Below are positions 1 to 8,977 of a stretch of DNA of 64,000 bases, piece by piece. The translations under genes were made by a program, and so were the position numbers. The DNA comes from Escherichia phage vB_Eco_F31. The DNA lies in sequence record OP870147.1, one strand, 5' to 3'. Below the pieces are notes generated by a model. It was not told where the DNA came from and ran no database searches. It saw nothing but the letters and a program-made list of their open reading frames with translations. The first letter of the stretch is position 1. Each line of letters opens with the position of its first letter.

Positions 1-7
1 TGTTTCC

Positions 8-2221
8 TTATTTGGCCGCTTCCACGGCCTTCATGAATTTAACGATTTGAGCGACCTGTTCTTTAGAAAGAGTACCACGTCGTCCCATGTATTCTGACAC
101 AATATGATAATTGGTTTCAAATTCAATAACCATTTTATCATCATTATCGTAAGCATTATCTTTAAGCTTATCGAAAATTTTAGCACACAATTCTAACTTC
201 TTATTCAGGTCTGTATTAGTAGCACCTGCGAATCGATTCCATCCCCAGCGATTATTTACTGTTGAGAGTTTTGCAAAGTCTTTACTGATTTCTTTGTTCT
301 TAGAGCTAAAATACTTACTAAGGAAGTTAAGCTCTTCGTTACGAGTAATATGATTCAAATAAGGCTGTGCTCTACGACTTGGTGATACATACTCATCATA
401 ATCCACTTTATCAATTAGCGTAATATAGTCGTTAATTGATTTTTCGAACAAGCATTCTACTTCACCAAGTTTACGAACTTTCTTAGCAATCTGTGGACGG
501 ACTACAGTGAACTCTTTAATACCTGACAAATCAGCAATACGGGTCAAGAAATTGGAGTCATAGTTCAACCAACCTTTATCTGCGTCAAGACATTCAGCAT
601 TAGAACGATTACGAACTATAGCATAACCTTGGATTTCATCAGCTTCACTCGCTGGAATAAAGAGATCTTCCGATACCCAAACATCGTTTTCATTCTTAAA
701 GAACCGATGAGCACTTGGGGATTTAGGACGAGGCCCATTAGAACGAGTCTTGACTTCAATCCACGGCTTAACGATTTGTAAAAGCTCTGAAGTCTTGTAC
801 ATGTTAATATTGTCGCCATCAAAGATAGCTTTAAGGCGTTCCAGAAGTTTCATTGCATCTTCGTCTGTAGGGTCAACGAATAGTACGCTTTTACCAAAAC
901 CGCGTGGAACTTTACCGGTTAATTTAACCTCGTCTTTAGACATTTCAATTGAATTAAGAGCTCGCATTAATGGAACACGTCCCTTAACATCGTCAATAAC
1001 AATTTCAACGTTTTTAATGTTAATGCCAATCAGGCTGTTAATTGAAATGGTTGTTGATGAGCTACCACTTTCACGAATACGACGAAGACGAGGGGATTCA
1101 ACGATATCGTATACGACGCCAAGATTACACCATTCAGGCCCCATTTTAAAACGTTTGTACAACTCGGAATAAGTTAGTTGTTCTTTAGAGTATTTCAGTG
1201 ATTCAATATTAGACCCAGCCTTTTCCATGTATTTACGAGCTGTATAGCCAAGAGAATCAATTTCACGGAACACATGACGTGGGTATTTACAATCAATCCA
1301 TTTCTTAGAATCTTCAGCAAACAATTTAGCATCGATTTCTGCAACGCGTTTATGGATATTTGCTACTGTACGTTTATCAAATGACAATGCTTCACGAGAC
1401 GGGGCTACATCTAGTTCACCCATAGGGAATTTAATATAAGCTGTAGTGCATCGCGTCATCATCCATGTTTGTTCTTTAATAACACTTCCGATTGGATATA
1501 CAATACCACCATATACAGCCATGATATTACCACGTTCACCCCATGGAGCTTCCTTGGCCAAATATACATCGTCAAATTCAGGAAAGTATTTAATATCTTT
1601 AACACCGCGAACTTCTGCAATATCACCTAGAGGACGCATAACATATGCAATTTCAGATGCGAACTTTTCAAAATCTTCTGGGTTAACCGGTACAACTACT
1701 TCTACACCCGTACGGTCATCAGGGCCCATCTTATCTACGAAGGTTGGCTTAATCTGTGGACCACTGTCATCTTGATAGATTACGTAACCGCGAACTTCAC
1801 CGTTGTGATAAGACGTAAGGTTAAACGTATCGGTATATGCTAGTGGAGCTTTAGAGCCGAGTCCGAATCCACCAATGAAATCGTTACTCGATGTTTTAGT
1901 TGAAGCAAAATATGAGTTATAGATTCCTGGCTCTTCGTCATTACCTCTAATGGTGAAATCGCTCATACCAGGACCAAAGTCTCGAACTACAAAACGTGGG
2001 TCCAAACGACCTGGAGCCTGAACAATAAACTTATCAGTGCAACCATTAAGAATTTGCCCATCGATACAGTTTGTGATTAATTCACGTACACAAGCCAATT
2101 CTTTGTTTGTATAAAGGTCATTAGACAAAATCTTATAAACTTTGCTATTGCCTTGAATAGTAAATGCTGTGCTCTTACCGCCAGAACCAATAATCGTTTC
2201 TTTAGCCGTTTCAATAATCAT
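8..2221 (-). CDS. rIIA: rIIA membrane-associated protein
   Basis: 737-aa ORF with N-terminal GHKL-type ATPase motif (LITNCIDGQ); size and position at the start of a T4-like early region match rIIA. Confidence 0.8.
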   Translation of the reverse strand: MIIETAKETIIGSGGKSTAFTIQGNSKVYKILSNDLYTNKELACVRELITNCIDGQILNGCTDKFIVQAPGRLDPRFVVRDFGPGMSDFTIRGNDEEPGIYNSYFASTKTSSNDFIGGFGLGSKAPLAYTDTFNLTSYHNGEVRGYVIYQDDSGPQIKPTFVDKMGPDDRTGVEVVVPVNPEDFEKFASEIAYVMRPLGDIAEVRGVKDIKYFPEFDDVYLAKEAPWGERGNIMAVYGGIVYPIGSVIKEQTWMMTRCTTAYIKFPMGELDVAPSREALSFDKRTVANIHKRVAEIDAKLFAEDSKKWIDCKYPRHVFREIDSLGYTARKYMEKAGSNIESLKYSKEQLTYSELYKRFKMGPEWCNLGVVYDIVESPRLRRIRESGSSSTTISINSLIGINIKNVEIVIDDVKGRVPLMRALNSIEMSKDEVKLTGKVPRGFGKSVLFVDPTDEDAMKLLERLKAIFDGDNINMYKTSELLQIVKPWIEVKTRSNGPRPKSPSAHRFFKNENDVWVSEDLFIPASEADEIQGYAIVRNRSNAECLDADKGWLNYDSNFLTRIADLSGIKEFTVVRPQIAKKVRKLGEVECLFEKSINDYITLIDKVDYDEYVSPSRRAQPYLNHITRNEELNFLSKYFSSKNKEISKDFAKLSTVNNRWGWNRFAGATNTDLNKKLELCAKIFDKLKDNAYDNDDKMVIEFETNYHIVSEYMGRRGTLSKEQVAQIVKFMKAVEAAK

Positions 2222-2233
2222 ATTTTTCTCTCA

Positions 2234-2434
2234 TCACAAGTTACGTTTAAAAATTTCTGCCACTTCGAGAAGTTCTTCTTTAGTAGCTGTATCGGTTTGT
2301 ATTTTATATCGAATTTCTTTAAAGCGTTCTTTAAAGGACTCTGCTGACTCGATATCAAAAAATCTTTGGATAAGCCGGAATTCCCGGAGCACTGCTTTAT
2401 CAAAAAGTTCCAAGTCCACGTTATATGTTCTCAT
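2234..2434 (-). CDS. small hypothetical protein (rIIA.1 position)
   Basis: 66-aa ORF immediately upstream of rIIA, tightly packed. Confidence 0.45.
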   Translation of the reverse strand: MRTYNVDLELFDKAVLREFRLIQRFFDIESAESFKERFKEIRYKIQTDTATKEELLEVAEIFKRNL

Positions 2435-2526
2435 AATATTCTCTTCAGTAGATTCCTAGGGCACTATTACTAAAGACCATATAATTTATCATCTTATGTG
2501 TAATAGTGCCTCAGGCTATTCAGGAT

Positions 2527-3627
2527 TTACGCTGTGAAGATTTTATCCCACATCGCAACAACTGCATCTCGATTATACTTCTTCCATACTGCTTCAGCAC
2601 GTTTAACTCGAGCTTCGTATGTGTCAGTGAATTCTAATACAGCTTTTGTGTAAAGCGCAACTACTTCTTTCTTAGGAGTAGAGGAATCAATTTCTACACG
2701 CACAGTATCTGGGTCGTATTCGAATGTCGCATGAGGATAATCCTTAAAAACTAACTGGATTACAGGGACACCTTTAGAGATGGCTTCAATAGAACTATTC
2801 TCTACCGTACCTGTGTCAGGACACGTATTAATAAGTGCTTTAGCTGTTTTAAGACATTCCATAATTTCACTGTGTGGAGCATCAATAATAACAGGATATT
2901 TAGCTGGTGGTGCCCATTTGCTTGGACAATAACCAATACCATTTTCGCCTAGTGCTTTAATCGCTTCAAGAGCAACATCAGTACGACGCATTTTAGTGTC
3001 ATAACGTTGTGCACTAATAATCAGATCAGTCGCCGGAAGAACTTCAGGTTTCTCATTCAAACAAATAACCGGATAATCTTCGGCTTCAAACAACGGATTT
3101 GCTCGCCAATAATCATAATCGATTTTGTCAGTCAGACCTGAAGTCATATAACAATATTTGCGTTCAAATTCACGGAAGGCTTTAGTAGGAGCATAACTCT
3201 TACCGCCATTCTTATGAATTTGAATAGTTTGGTCCCAAATTTGAACAATACCACGAGATACCGGTTCAAATGGTGTTGCCATAAAATTCTTGTGAACTTT
3301 AGAGAGACCTGCGTCTTTAATTGCCTGAACGGTTAGTTTAGTCGGTTCCATAGTAACAACAAAATCATATTCATGGATGCCGGCTAGTTCAACAATCTTA
3401 CGAGCCATAGTATAACTCATACCTAGACTGAATTTAGTCAGATGACCAACAGGATGATGATTAACTTTCCAATCACCAAATGTGTCATTATCAAAACCGA
3501 TATAATCAATATCGGCACCAATAGAAACTAAATATTTCAACACATTTAAATGTACTGCTTCAAGACCACCTTGTACACGTTCAGGATTAAATGGGACTGC
3601 ACGAGATGGGATAAACATAACTTTCAT
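2527..3627 (-). CDS. GT-B fold glycosyltransferase, candidate hmC pentosyl(arabinosyl)transferase
   Basis: 366-aa ORF; N-terminal MKVMFIPS...GGLE and C-terminal G-x-VENSSIEAISKGVPVI resemble the GT1/GT4 E-x7-E donor-binding region; lies between rIIA and topoisomerase where T4 has no such gene. Confidence 0.55.
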   Translation of the reverse strand: MKVMFIPSRAVPFNPERVQGGLEAVHLNVLKYLVSIGADIDYIGFDNDTFGDWKVNHHPVGHLTKFSLGMSYTMARKIVELAGIHEYDFVVTMEPTKLTVQAIKDAGLSKVHKNFMATPFEPVSRGIVQIWDQTIQIHKNGGKSYAPTKAFREFERKYCYMTSGLTDKIDYDYWRANPLFEAEDYPVICLNEKPEVLPATDLIISAQRYDTKMRRTDVALEAIKALGENGIGYCPSKWAPPAKYPVIIDAPHSEIMECLKTAKALINTCPDTGTVENSSIEAISKGVPVIQLVFKDYPHATFEYDPDTVRVEIDSSTPKKEVVALYTKAVLEFTDTYEARVKRAEAVWKKYNRDAVVAMWDKIFTA

Positions 3628-3640
3628 AATTAAGCCTTAT

Positions 3641-3671
3641 TAAAATTAAAATGAAGCTCCCGAAGGAGCTT
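3641..3671 (-). terminator. hairpin terminator with UUCG loop downstream of gene 39
   Basis: AAGCTCC-TTCG-GGAGCTT on the minus strand followed by T-rich tract; overlaps the gene 39 stop. Confidence 0.5.
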
Positions 3672-5487
3672 AGGACATCCATTCTTTACGAAGTTCTGAA
3701 TCATCACCCATCAACATTTCAAAGAGTTCTTTCCAATTTTCAGGAAGTTTAACTACGTCGTACACAGGGTTCTGAATCATTTCACGATATTCTGACTTTT
3801 CAAGGGAGCCTAATCCCTTGATGTATCGAATACTATGCTTAGGCAGTGTATCTTTAACTTCTTCATACTCAGCTACAGTATAAAACCATTTTTGAGTTTT
3901 GCCAATTTGTGCAATAATTACAGGCGTTTTAACAAAGCGAATACGTCCTTGTTCAAACAATTCAGGCCAATTACTAAAGAAAGCAAGCAAAGCCGGATAG
4001 ATACTTCCAAGACCGTCATGATCGGCATCGGTCATAATTGCAATATTACGATAGTTCGTATTCTCTGCCTTTTCACCAAGAATAAGACCTGTGATAGCAC
4101 AGATATCAAAGAGCTCTTTGTTCTTCATCATATCAGCATATGACATACCCCAGCTATTCATCACCTTACCACGTAATGGGAATCCGCCGTGTAGTTCACG
4201 GTCACGAACATCAATGAGATAACCAATTGCCGAATCACCTTCTGTTAAGAACAATGTCGTATCTGCATCTTTACCACATTGGTTAGCTTTAATATGCTTA
4301 TGAACCTTAGCTTTAGTTGCCTTTTTAGCTGCTTTAGTTTCTGCAGCCTTTTCTGCTGCCAATTTACGAGCTAATGCTGCTTCAACAATAGGCATAATCA
4401 AGGCTTCGTTTTTAAGAAGTGCCTGAGCAATTTTCTTAGCATCCAATTGGATATGATTACGAATATCACCATACGTTGACGTTAAACGTTCTTTAGTCTG
4501 AGAATCAAAACGCATGTTGCTCATGTCTCTAATAAACATCAACATTGTGAGACATTCTTTAACACGAGCTTTAGTGACTTCAATACCCTTATATTTCTTT
4601 TTAATACCCGGCAAAAGATGTTCGCAGATATCATCCATTACACATTCAACATGATGACCACCATTTTTAGTATGGATATTATTCACATAAGTTAAATGAC
4701 GGAAGCCATCTGGTGATGTTGTGAATGCTATAGAGACTTTATCATTTTCTTGAATGATGTTATCTTCACCAAATTGTTTAGCAAATCGTTTAAAATTACC
4801 ATCAACCTTTTTACCATTAAATGTGAACTTGATATCAGGATAAACGACTGCCAATGTTTGAAGTCTGTCTAAAGTAATATCTAAATAAATTTGAGATAAA
4901 TTATGCTCTTCAAATGAAGAGAAATCAGGAGTGAAGATTACTTTAGTGCCTTTACCTTTAGATTTCTTAGAAGACCATGATTTGTTTTCCATTCCGTTTG
5001 AACAGTTAACAGTGATTTCATTTTCGCCATCTGACGTTATGCCTGTAAACAACGTAGAGAAGATATTAGTTAAACTACTCCCGACGCCGTTCATACCACC
5101 AGTCTTGCGTTCAGAGTCATCACCAAAGTTACCACCGGCCTTTGGAATAGTCCAGGCTGCTACAGGCCCAGGAATTTGTTCACCCGTTTGGTCGGTAACT
5201 AAACCTTGAGGAATACCACGTCCGTTATCTTCCACCGAAACTTGATTATTTTTAATTTGCACATCAATTTTATTTGCAAACTTAAATGATGTACGAATAG
5301 CTTCATCAACCGAGTTGTCAATAATCTCATCGATTAATTTAACCAGACCAGGAACATATTCAACTTGTTGATATTTACCAAACAAAAAACGCTCATGTGC
5401 TTCTTTAGCAGAAGAACCAATATACATACCACTACGTTTCTTAATATGTTCTACATCTGACAATACCTTAATTTCATTTTTAATCAT
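3670..5487 (-). CDS. 39: DNA topoisomerase II large subunit (GyrB-like ATPase + Toprim), single uninterrupted ORF
   Basis: 605-aa ORF with GHKL ATPase and Toprim-like motifs (GGxxGxG-like NGVGSS, DADxDG = TDADHDG); equals T4 gp39+gp60 fused as in several T4 relatives. Confidence 0.85.
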   Translation of the reverse strand: MIKNEIKVLSDVEHIKKRSGMYIGSSAKEAHERFLFGKYQQVEYVPGLVKLIDEIIDNSVDEAIRTSFKFANKIDVQIKNNQVSVEDNGRGIPQGLVTDQTGEQIPGPVAAWTIPKAGGNFGDDSERKTGGMNGVGSSLTNIFSTLFTGITSDGENEITVNCSNGMENKSWSSKKSKGKGTKVIFTPDFSSFEEHNLSQIYLDITLDRLQTLAVVYPDIKFTFNGKKVDGNFKRFAKQFGEDNIIQENDKVSIAFTTSPDGFRHLTYVNNIHTKNGGHHVECVMDDICEHLLPGIKKKYKGIEVTKARVKECLTMLMFIRDMSNMRFDSQTKERLTSTYGDIRNHIQLDAKKIAQALLKNEALIMPIVEAALARKLAAEKAAETKAAKKATKAKVHKHIKANQCGKDADTTLFLTEGDSAIGYLIDVRDRELHGGFPLRGKVMNSWGMSYADMMKNKELFDICAITGLILGEKAENTNYRNIAIMTDADHDGLGSIYPALLAFFSNWPELFEQGRIRFVKTPVIIAQIGKTQKWFYTVAEYEEVKDTLPKHSIRYIKGLGSLEKSEYREMIQNPVYDVVKLPENWKELFEMLMGDDSELRKEWMS

Positions 5488-5499
5488 GTTGTCTCCTCG

Positions 5500-5535
5500 T
5501 TATGAAGGTATTCTATCATCCGAAATCTAAAGCAA
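5500..5535 (-). promoter_or_regulatory. MotA-box middle-type promoter upstream of gene 39
   Basis: Minus strand TTGCTTTAG - 11 nt - TAGAAT directly after the terminator hairpin. Confidence 0.45.
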
Positions 5536-5551
5536 AAAGGGCCGAAGCCCT
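5526..5551 (-). terminator. hairpin terminator with UUCG loop
   Basis: AAGGGC-TTCG-GCCCTT followed by TTTTTGC on the minus strand; directly followed by a MotA-box-like promoter for gene 39. Confidence 0.55.
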
Positions 5552-5976
5552 TATTTAAATTTAATTTTCTGAAGTGTATCAATTGCAGCCAAACGCCCTT
5601 GTTCACTTTTAACTGTAATGACCACATCGCCTGATACGATCACCGAACCATCAACAAATTCTATAGAGCCTTTTTTGAAATCGACAGCTGTATCTGGTTC
5701 CTGAACTTCTTCAAAGAATTTAAATTCTGCACCATAAAGCAGAATATCACCTTGCATACTATGAATAGTTCGGCCATAATCGCCTACGGCTTCTACAGCA
5801 ATAACCGAAACACCGTAACCAATCATCTCTTCCACAATAAAATCTTTGGACAATAAAGTAGTATGCAGATTAGTATTAAGACGTTTACCAGTCGTATTAA
5901 GAATTCTCAAGAAATTATCTTCCTGTCCTTTGATAATACGATATTTCTTACCAACTTCAAAACCTTTAAAAGCCAT
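5551..5976 (-). CDS. hypothetical protein (goF position by synteny)
   Basis: 141-aa ORF downstream of gene 39; same size as T4 goF, not otherwise verified. Confidence 0.45.
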   Translation of the reverse strand: MAFKGFEVGKKYRIIKGQEDNFLRILNTTGKRLNTNLHTTLLSKDFIVEEMIGYGVSVIAVEAVGDYGRTIHSMQGDILLYGAEFKFFEEVQEPDTAVDFKKGSIEFVDGSVIVSGDVVITVKSEQGRLAAIDTLQKIKFK

Positions 5977-5978
5977 AA

Positions 5979-6158
5979 TTAACCCTTCTTAAGTAAGTCG
6001 TAAAAACCACCGTTCACATGTTTAGGAGCAGAAACCCGACGAGTAGACAGACGATGACATTCAGGGCAAACATCGTTTTCTCGTTCAGAAATTCTTTTAA
6101 TTTTTTCATATTCATGACCACAATCTTCAGATTGGCATTTATAGTCATATAACGGCAT
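5979..6158 (-). CDS. small zinc-ribbon protein (CxxC...CxxC)
   Basis: 59-aa ORF (MPLYDYKCQSEDCGHEY...CPECHRL) found by manual translation; start overlaps the upstream stop (TAATAATG); below the ORF-track size cutoff. Confidence 0.4.
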   Translation of the reverse strand: MPLYDYKCQSEDCGHEYEKIKRISERENDVCPECHRLSTRRVSAPKHVNGGFYDLLKKG

Positions 6159-6160
6159 TA

Positions 6161-6571
6161 TTATTCCTTAAAATGTGCTTTCAACATTTGATACAAAGAC
6201 CATGCCTGGTCGTTATTTTCGATAGTAATCGTCATCACCGGAAATTCAGACAATTCATCAAGTTCACCAGAATCTTGCTCTTCGGACGCTTGATACGGAT
6301 TTCCAACTTCGTCAAAGAACTCTGCTTCATTCGTGGAAAGCCAGATAAAGTTTTCATCAAGAATATCACCGCCTGTTGCGTATCCAACCGTGCCAGTAGA
6401 TGTCACAATTTTAGTAGGACGACCAAGATGGTCAACATCTAATACTTTAAACGGTTCCATGCCAAGGCGTCGTGCATAAATCCCATTATCAGTGTGGTCT
6501 TTAATAAACTCTTCTTGGGCACGTTTATCTATGAACCGATACCATTTATTAACTTCAAATTTAATAGCCAT
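6161..6571 (-). CDS. hypothetical protein
   Basis: 136-aa ORF, acidic C-terminal region, tightly packed with neighbours. Confidence 0.5.
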   Translation of the reverse strand: MAIKFEVNKWYRFIDKRAQEEFIKDHTDNGIYARRLGMEPFKVLDVDHLGRPTKIVTSTGTVGYATGGDILDENFIWLSTNEAEFFDEVGNPYQASEEQDSGELDELSEFPVMTITIENNDQAWSLYQMLKAHFKE

Positions 6572-6798
6572 TAGTAAGTTTCCTTCCAGTAAGTTGTACC
6601 ATTTTCAGTGATTTCACGGAAGATACCATAGATAGGCATTTCATCACCGAGTTTTTCGTAAACGTAAACCACTTCGGTGTAGCATAAAAATTCGGTCCAG
6701 CTTTTCTGTACAACAACTAAATCAGGATTAAACAGAACATCTTCAAACTCATCGATGTTTGAATCAGTAGTTACGTTTTTAATGATTTGACGTTTCAT
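6571..6798 (-). CDS. hypothetical protein
   Basis: 75-aa ORF with upstream GAGGAG RBS and early-type promoter. Confidence 0.45.
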   Translation of the reverse strand: MKRQIIKNVTTDSNIDEFEDVLFNPDLVVVQKSWTEFLCYTEVVYVYEKLGDEMPIYGIFREITENGTTYWKETY

Positions 6799-6825
6799 AA
6801 TATTCTCCTCTTGTTTTGATAGGTC

Positions 6826-6857
6826 TATAGTATCATAGACTATAGTTGTTGTACATC
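6826..6857 (-). promoter_or_regulatory. early-type promoter (GTACA -35, TACTAT -10)
   Basis: Minus strand TGTACA-N17-TACTAT-AGACCTATC upstream of the 75-aa ORF. Confidence 0.4.
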
Positions 6858-7380
6858 ATTTTAGCAAAATAAAATCAACTTGTTCTGCCAATGAACGTCT
6901 AAACATTAATTGACAACTTCCGAGGATGAAATCAGGTGCTTCATAGACCGCGATGTAGTATCCTTTAGCTTTCAAGAGTTCAACATCCACCTGGTCATCA
7001 AACCATGCATAAACCGCGTCAACACTTTCAAATCCAAAATAGAACCCTTGAGCCCAATCTTCACTCAATTCAAATGTGTGCTCAATTCTATAGTATCTTA
7101 AGATATTTTGTTCAAGGAGTTTGTCTTCATTTACTGTAGGACGATTAGGGACATTATAGTTGTCGCCGTGATGGTAGAAGTTACCTGAGAGTATTCCATG
7201 CTTATCAAGGAACTCCCATGTTTCTTCAGAGTTGTCGGTGCCCGACCAACCGTATGGCGAACGAGGTTCTTTATTCCAAGAGGTTTCCCAAATTCTGACG
7301 GCTTTACCGTCTTCGATAGCAATTCCTGGTAATGATTCACGTTGAGTACAAAAACTACGTTCTACGCGGTAAACTAACAT
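6856..7380 (-). CDS. hypothetical protein
   Basis: 174 aa counted from the internal ATG (MLVYRVERS) that has an AGGAG RBS; the ORF-track start at 7437 is an alternative codon. Confidence 0.5.
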   Translation of the reverse strand: MLVYRVERSFCTQRESLPGIAIEDGKAVRIWETSWNKEPRSPYGWSGTDNSEETWEFLDKHGILSGNFYHHGDNYNVPNRPTVNEDKLLEQNILRYYRIEHTFELSEDWAQGFYFGFESVDAVYAWFDDQVDVELLKAKGYYIAVYEAPDFILGSCQLMFRRSLAEQVDFILLK

Positions 7381-7406
7381 ATTATTCTCCTCTGGTTGAT
7401 ATGGAT

Positions 7407-7436
7407 ATAATATCAAAACCGGAGGAGAAGTAAACA
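7407..7436 (-). promoter_or_regulatory. early promoter GTTTAC-N17-TATTAT
   Basis: Minus strand GTTTAC + 17 nt + TATTAT upstream of ORF 6856-7380. Confidence 0.5.
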
Positions 7437-7439
7437 ACT

Positions 7440-7859
7440 TTATGCGAAAGCAGCTGGGCTATATTTTTTAATTTGGAATTCAGGAACTACCATGAACTGA
7501 CCAGCGAAAACGATGTTATAAAGCTTAACACCATCTTCTACCCAACGGTCGCTAATAAATCCGGCGATTTGCTTAGTTTTCCACGGTGTTCCATCAGTTG
7601 CCGCAGCAATAGTGAATTCATGGTCTTTTTCAACAGAAACTGATCTGCATAGTCCCCATTTGAACGCTTTTTCTTCTGGCTCAATGAACTGGCTTGAGAC
7701 GTAGCCAATATTACCATTAGCATCACGAACTTTAACTTGGTTACGACCAAAAACCGGATCACTCACAGAAAGAACTTCAACCAACTTCCCGGCAACTTTA
7801 GAGCGAGAAGCAACAGATACATATACGTAATCACCTGTAGAGAGATTTACAATATTCAT
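7440..7859 (-). CDS. hypothetical protein, member 1 of a tandem paralogue trio
   Basis: 139 aa; shares C-terminal motif GFISDRWVEDGVKLYNIVFAGQF with the two upstream ORFs. Confidence 0.55.
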   Translation of the reverse strand: MNIVNLSTGDYVYVSVASRSKVAGKLVEVLSVSDPVFGRNQVKVRDANGNIGYVSSQFIEPEEKAFKWGLCRSVSVEKDHEFTIAAATDGTPWKTKQIAGFISDRWVEDGVKLYNIVFAGQFMVVPEFQIKKYSPAAFA

Positions 7860-7868
7860 AATAATTCC

Positions 7869-8354
7869 TTAAGCTTTACGAGGAGACACATAACGAGTGA
7901 TTTCAGATTCTTTAACAACTCGGAAGTCACCTAAGAATACGATATTGTATAACTTTTCACCATCTTCTACCCATTGGTCACTAATGAAGCCACACATGGT
8001 ATCAGTTGTGCTTGGATAACCATATTCATCGATGAAGTCAAATTCTTTATCAGTCTGGAATTCAACACCTTTACACAAGGCCCATTTGAACTGTACATTA
8101 GGCTCTGTGGATTCAACTTTTTCTCTTGAAGCAAAAGCACTACTCGCAGGAGTTTCCAAGAACTTTGCACGAACATAAGCGAACTGAGTTTCCCTCGACC
8201 CAAGACTAGGAATAATACGAACTTTTACCTCAGAATCTTCATCTTTAACGCCTTCTTTAAGTTGAATACTTACAACTTCGACCAATTTTCCTGCTGCTTT
8301 AGAACGAGATTTTTTAGATACGCGAACGATTTCACCAATAATACCAAGATTCAT
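7869..8354 (-). CDS. hypothetical protein, member 2 of a tandem paralogue trio
   Basis: 161 aa; C-terminal GFISDQWVEDGEKLYNIVFLGDF; own early promoter. Confidence 0.55.
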   Translation of the reverse strand: MNLGIIGEIVRVSKKSRSKAAGKLVEVVSIQLKEGVKDEDSEVKVRIIPSLGSRETQFAYVRAKFLETPASSAFASREKVESTEPNVQFKWALCKGVEFQTDKEFDFIDEYGYPSTTDTMCGFISDQWVEDGEKLYNIVFLGDFRVVKESEITRYVSPRKA

Positions 8355-8383
8355 AATTTTCTCTCTTTGTTTAAGTTGAATTC

Positions 8384-8413
8384 ATTATACTCCATCCGTC
8401 CTTGGATGTACAA
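8384..8413 (-). promoter_or_regulatory. early promoter cassette (variant of the repeated cassette)
   Basis: Minus strand TGTACA-N17-GTATAAT with CCAAGGACGGATGG in the spacer. Confidence 0.45.
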
Positions 8414-8415
8414 CA

Positions 8416-8910
8416 TTAATTAAGGATATTAACCACAGCACTACGTGGAACTACACTAAAATCACCTGCATGAACAACGTTCAGAAGTTCAACACCGTCT
8501 TCAATCCACTGATCAGTCACCCATCCATTTACTGGACCAGCGAATGGGCGTCGAATTGAAACATATTTACACAACAAATCAGTAGGCTCAATAGGCTTAA
8601 TCAGAGTACCGTACATACAAGCGATATCCATATCAATACAGATATCTTTAACGGGTTCTACTTCTTCAATCAACAGTTCAAAGTCGGTGCTTGGAAGGGC
8701 GGTGGTAGAAATTGTACCATATGAATTTTTAATTTCTAAGAATAACCAAGGGCCTTCAACTTGTTTGATGAAGTTAACAATAGTGAAACTATTACCTTGA
8801 GTGGCACCTAAAATTTCACAAAACTTTTCATAAGCTCGCACTGAAGCACCGTACCAGTTGATTTGTTTTTCGTCTTTCAGGATGTAAGTAGCCGTAGTAT
8901 TGATATTCAT
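8416..8910 (-). CDS. hypothetical protein, member 3 of a tandem paralogue trio
   Basis: 164 aa; C-terminal GWVTDQWIEDGVELLNVVHAGDF; own early promoter. Confidence 0.55.
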   Translation of the reverse strand: MNINTTATYILKDEKQINWYGASVRAYEKFCEILGATQGNSFTIVNFIKQVEGPWLFLEIKNSYGTISTTALPSTDFELLIEEVEPVKDICIDMDIACMYGTLIKPIEPTDLLCKYVSIRRPFAGPVNGWVTDQWIEDGVELLNVVHAGDFSVVPRSAVVNILN

Positions 8911-8942
8911 AATGTTTTTTCCTGTTTGGTTAAGATAGAAAG

Positions 8943-8973
8943 ATTATACTCCAACCATCCTTGGTTGTAAACT
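8943..8973 (-). repeat. repeated early promoter cassette (copy 1), PeSL-like
   Basis: attatactccaaccatccttggttgta identical to copies near 50750 and 51770; GTTTAC-N17-GTATAAT on the minus strand. Confidence 0.55.
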
Positions 8974-8977
8974 GATT

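Noticed and set aside
750-1775. Plus-strand ORFs inside rIIA (750-1172, 1446-1775) and similar antisense ORFs elsewhere (e.g. 31673-32113, 33026-33619, 35870-36322)
   Set aside because: They lie antisense within well-supported minus-strand genes, lack ribosome-binding sites, and have low-complexity translations typical of chance ORFs in AT-rich DNA.
3670-5487. Gene 60 translational bypass (50-nt hop) and mobA homing endonuclease as in T4
   Set aside because: The topoisomerase subunit is one continuous 605-aa ORF (39 and 60 fused), with no interrupted frame or inserted endonuclease ORF.
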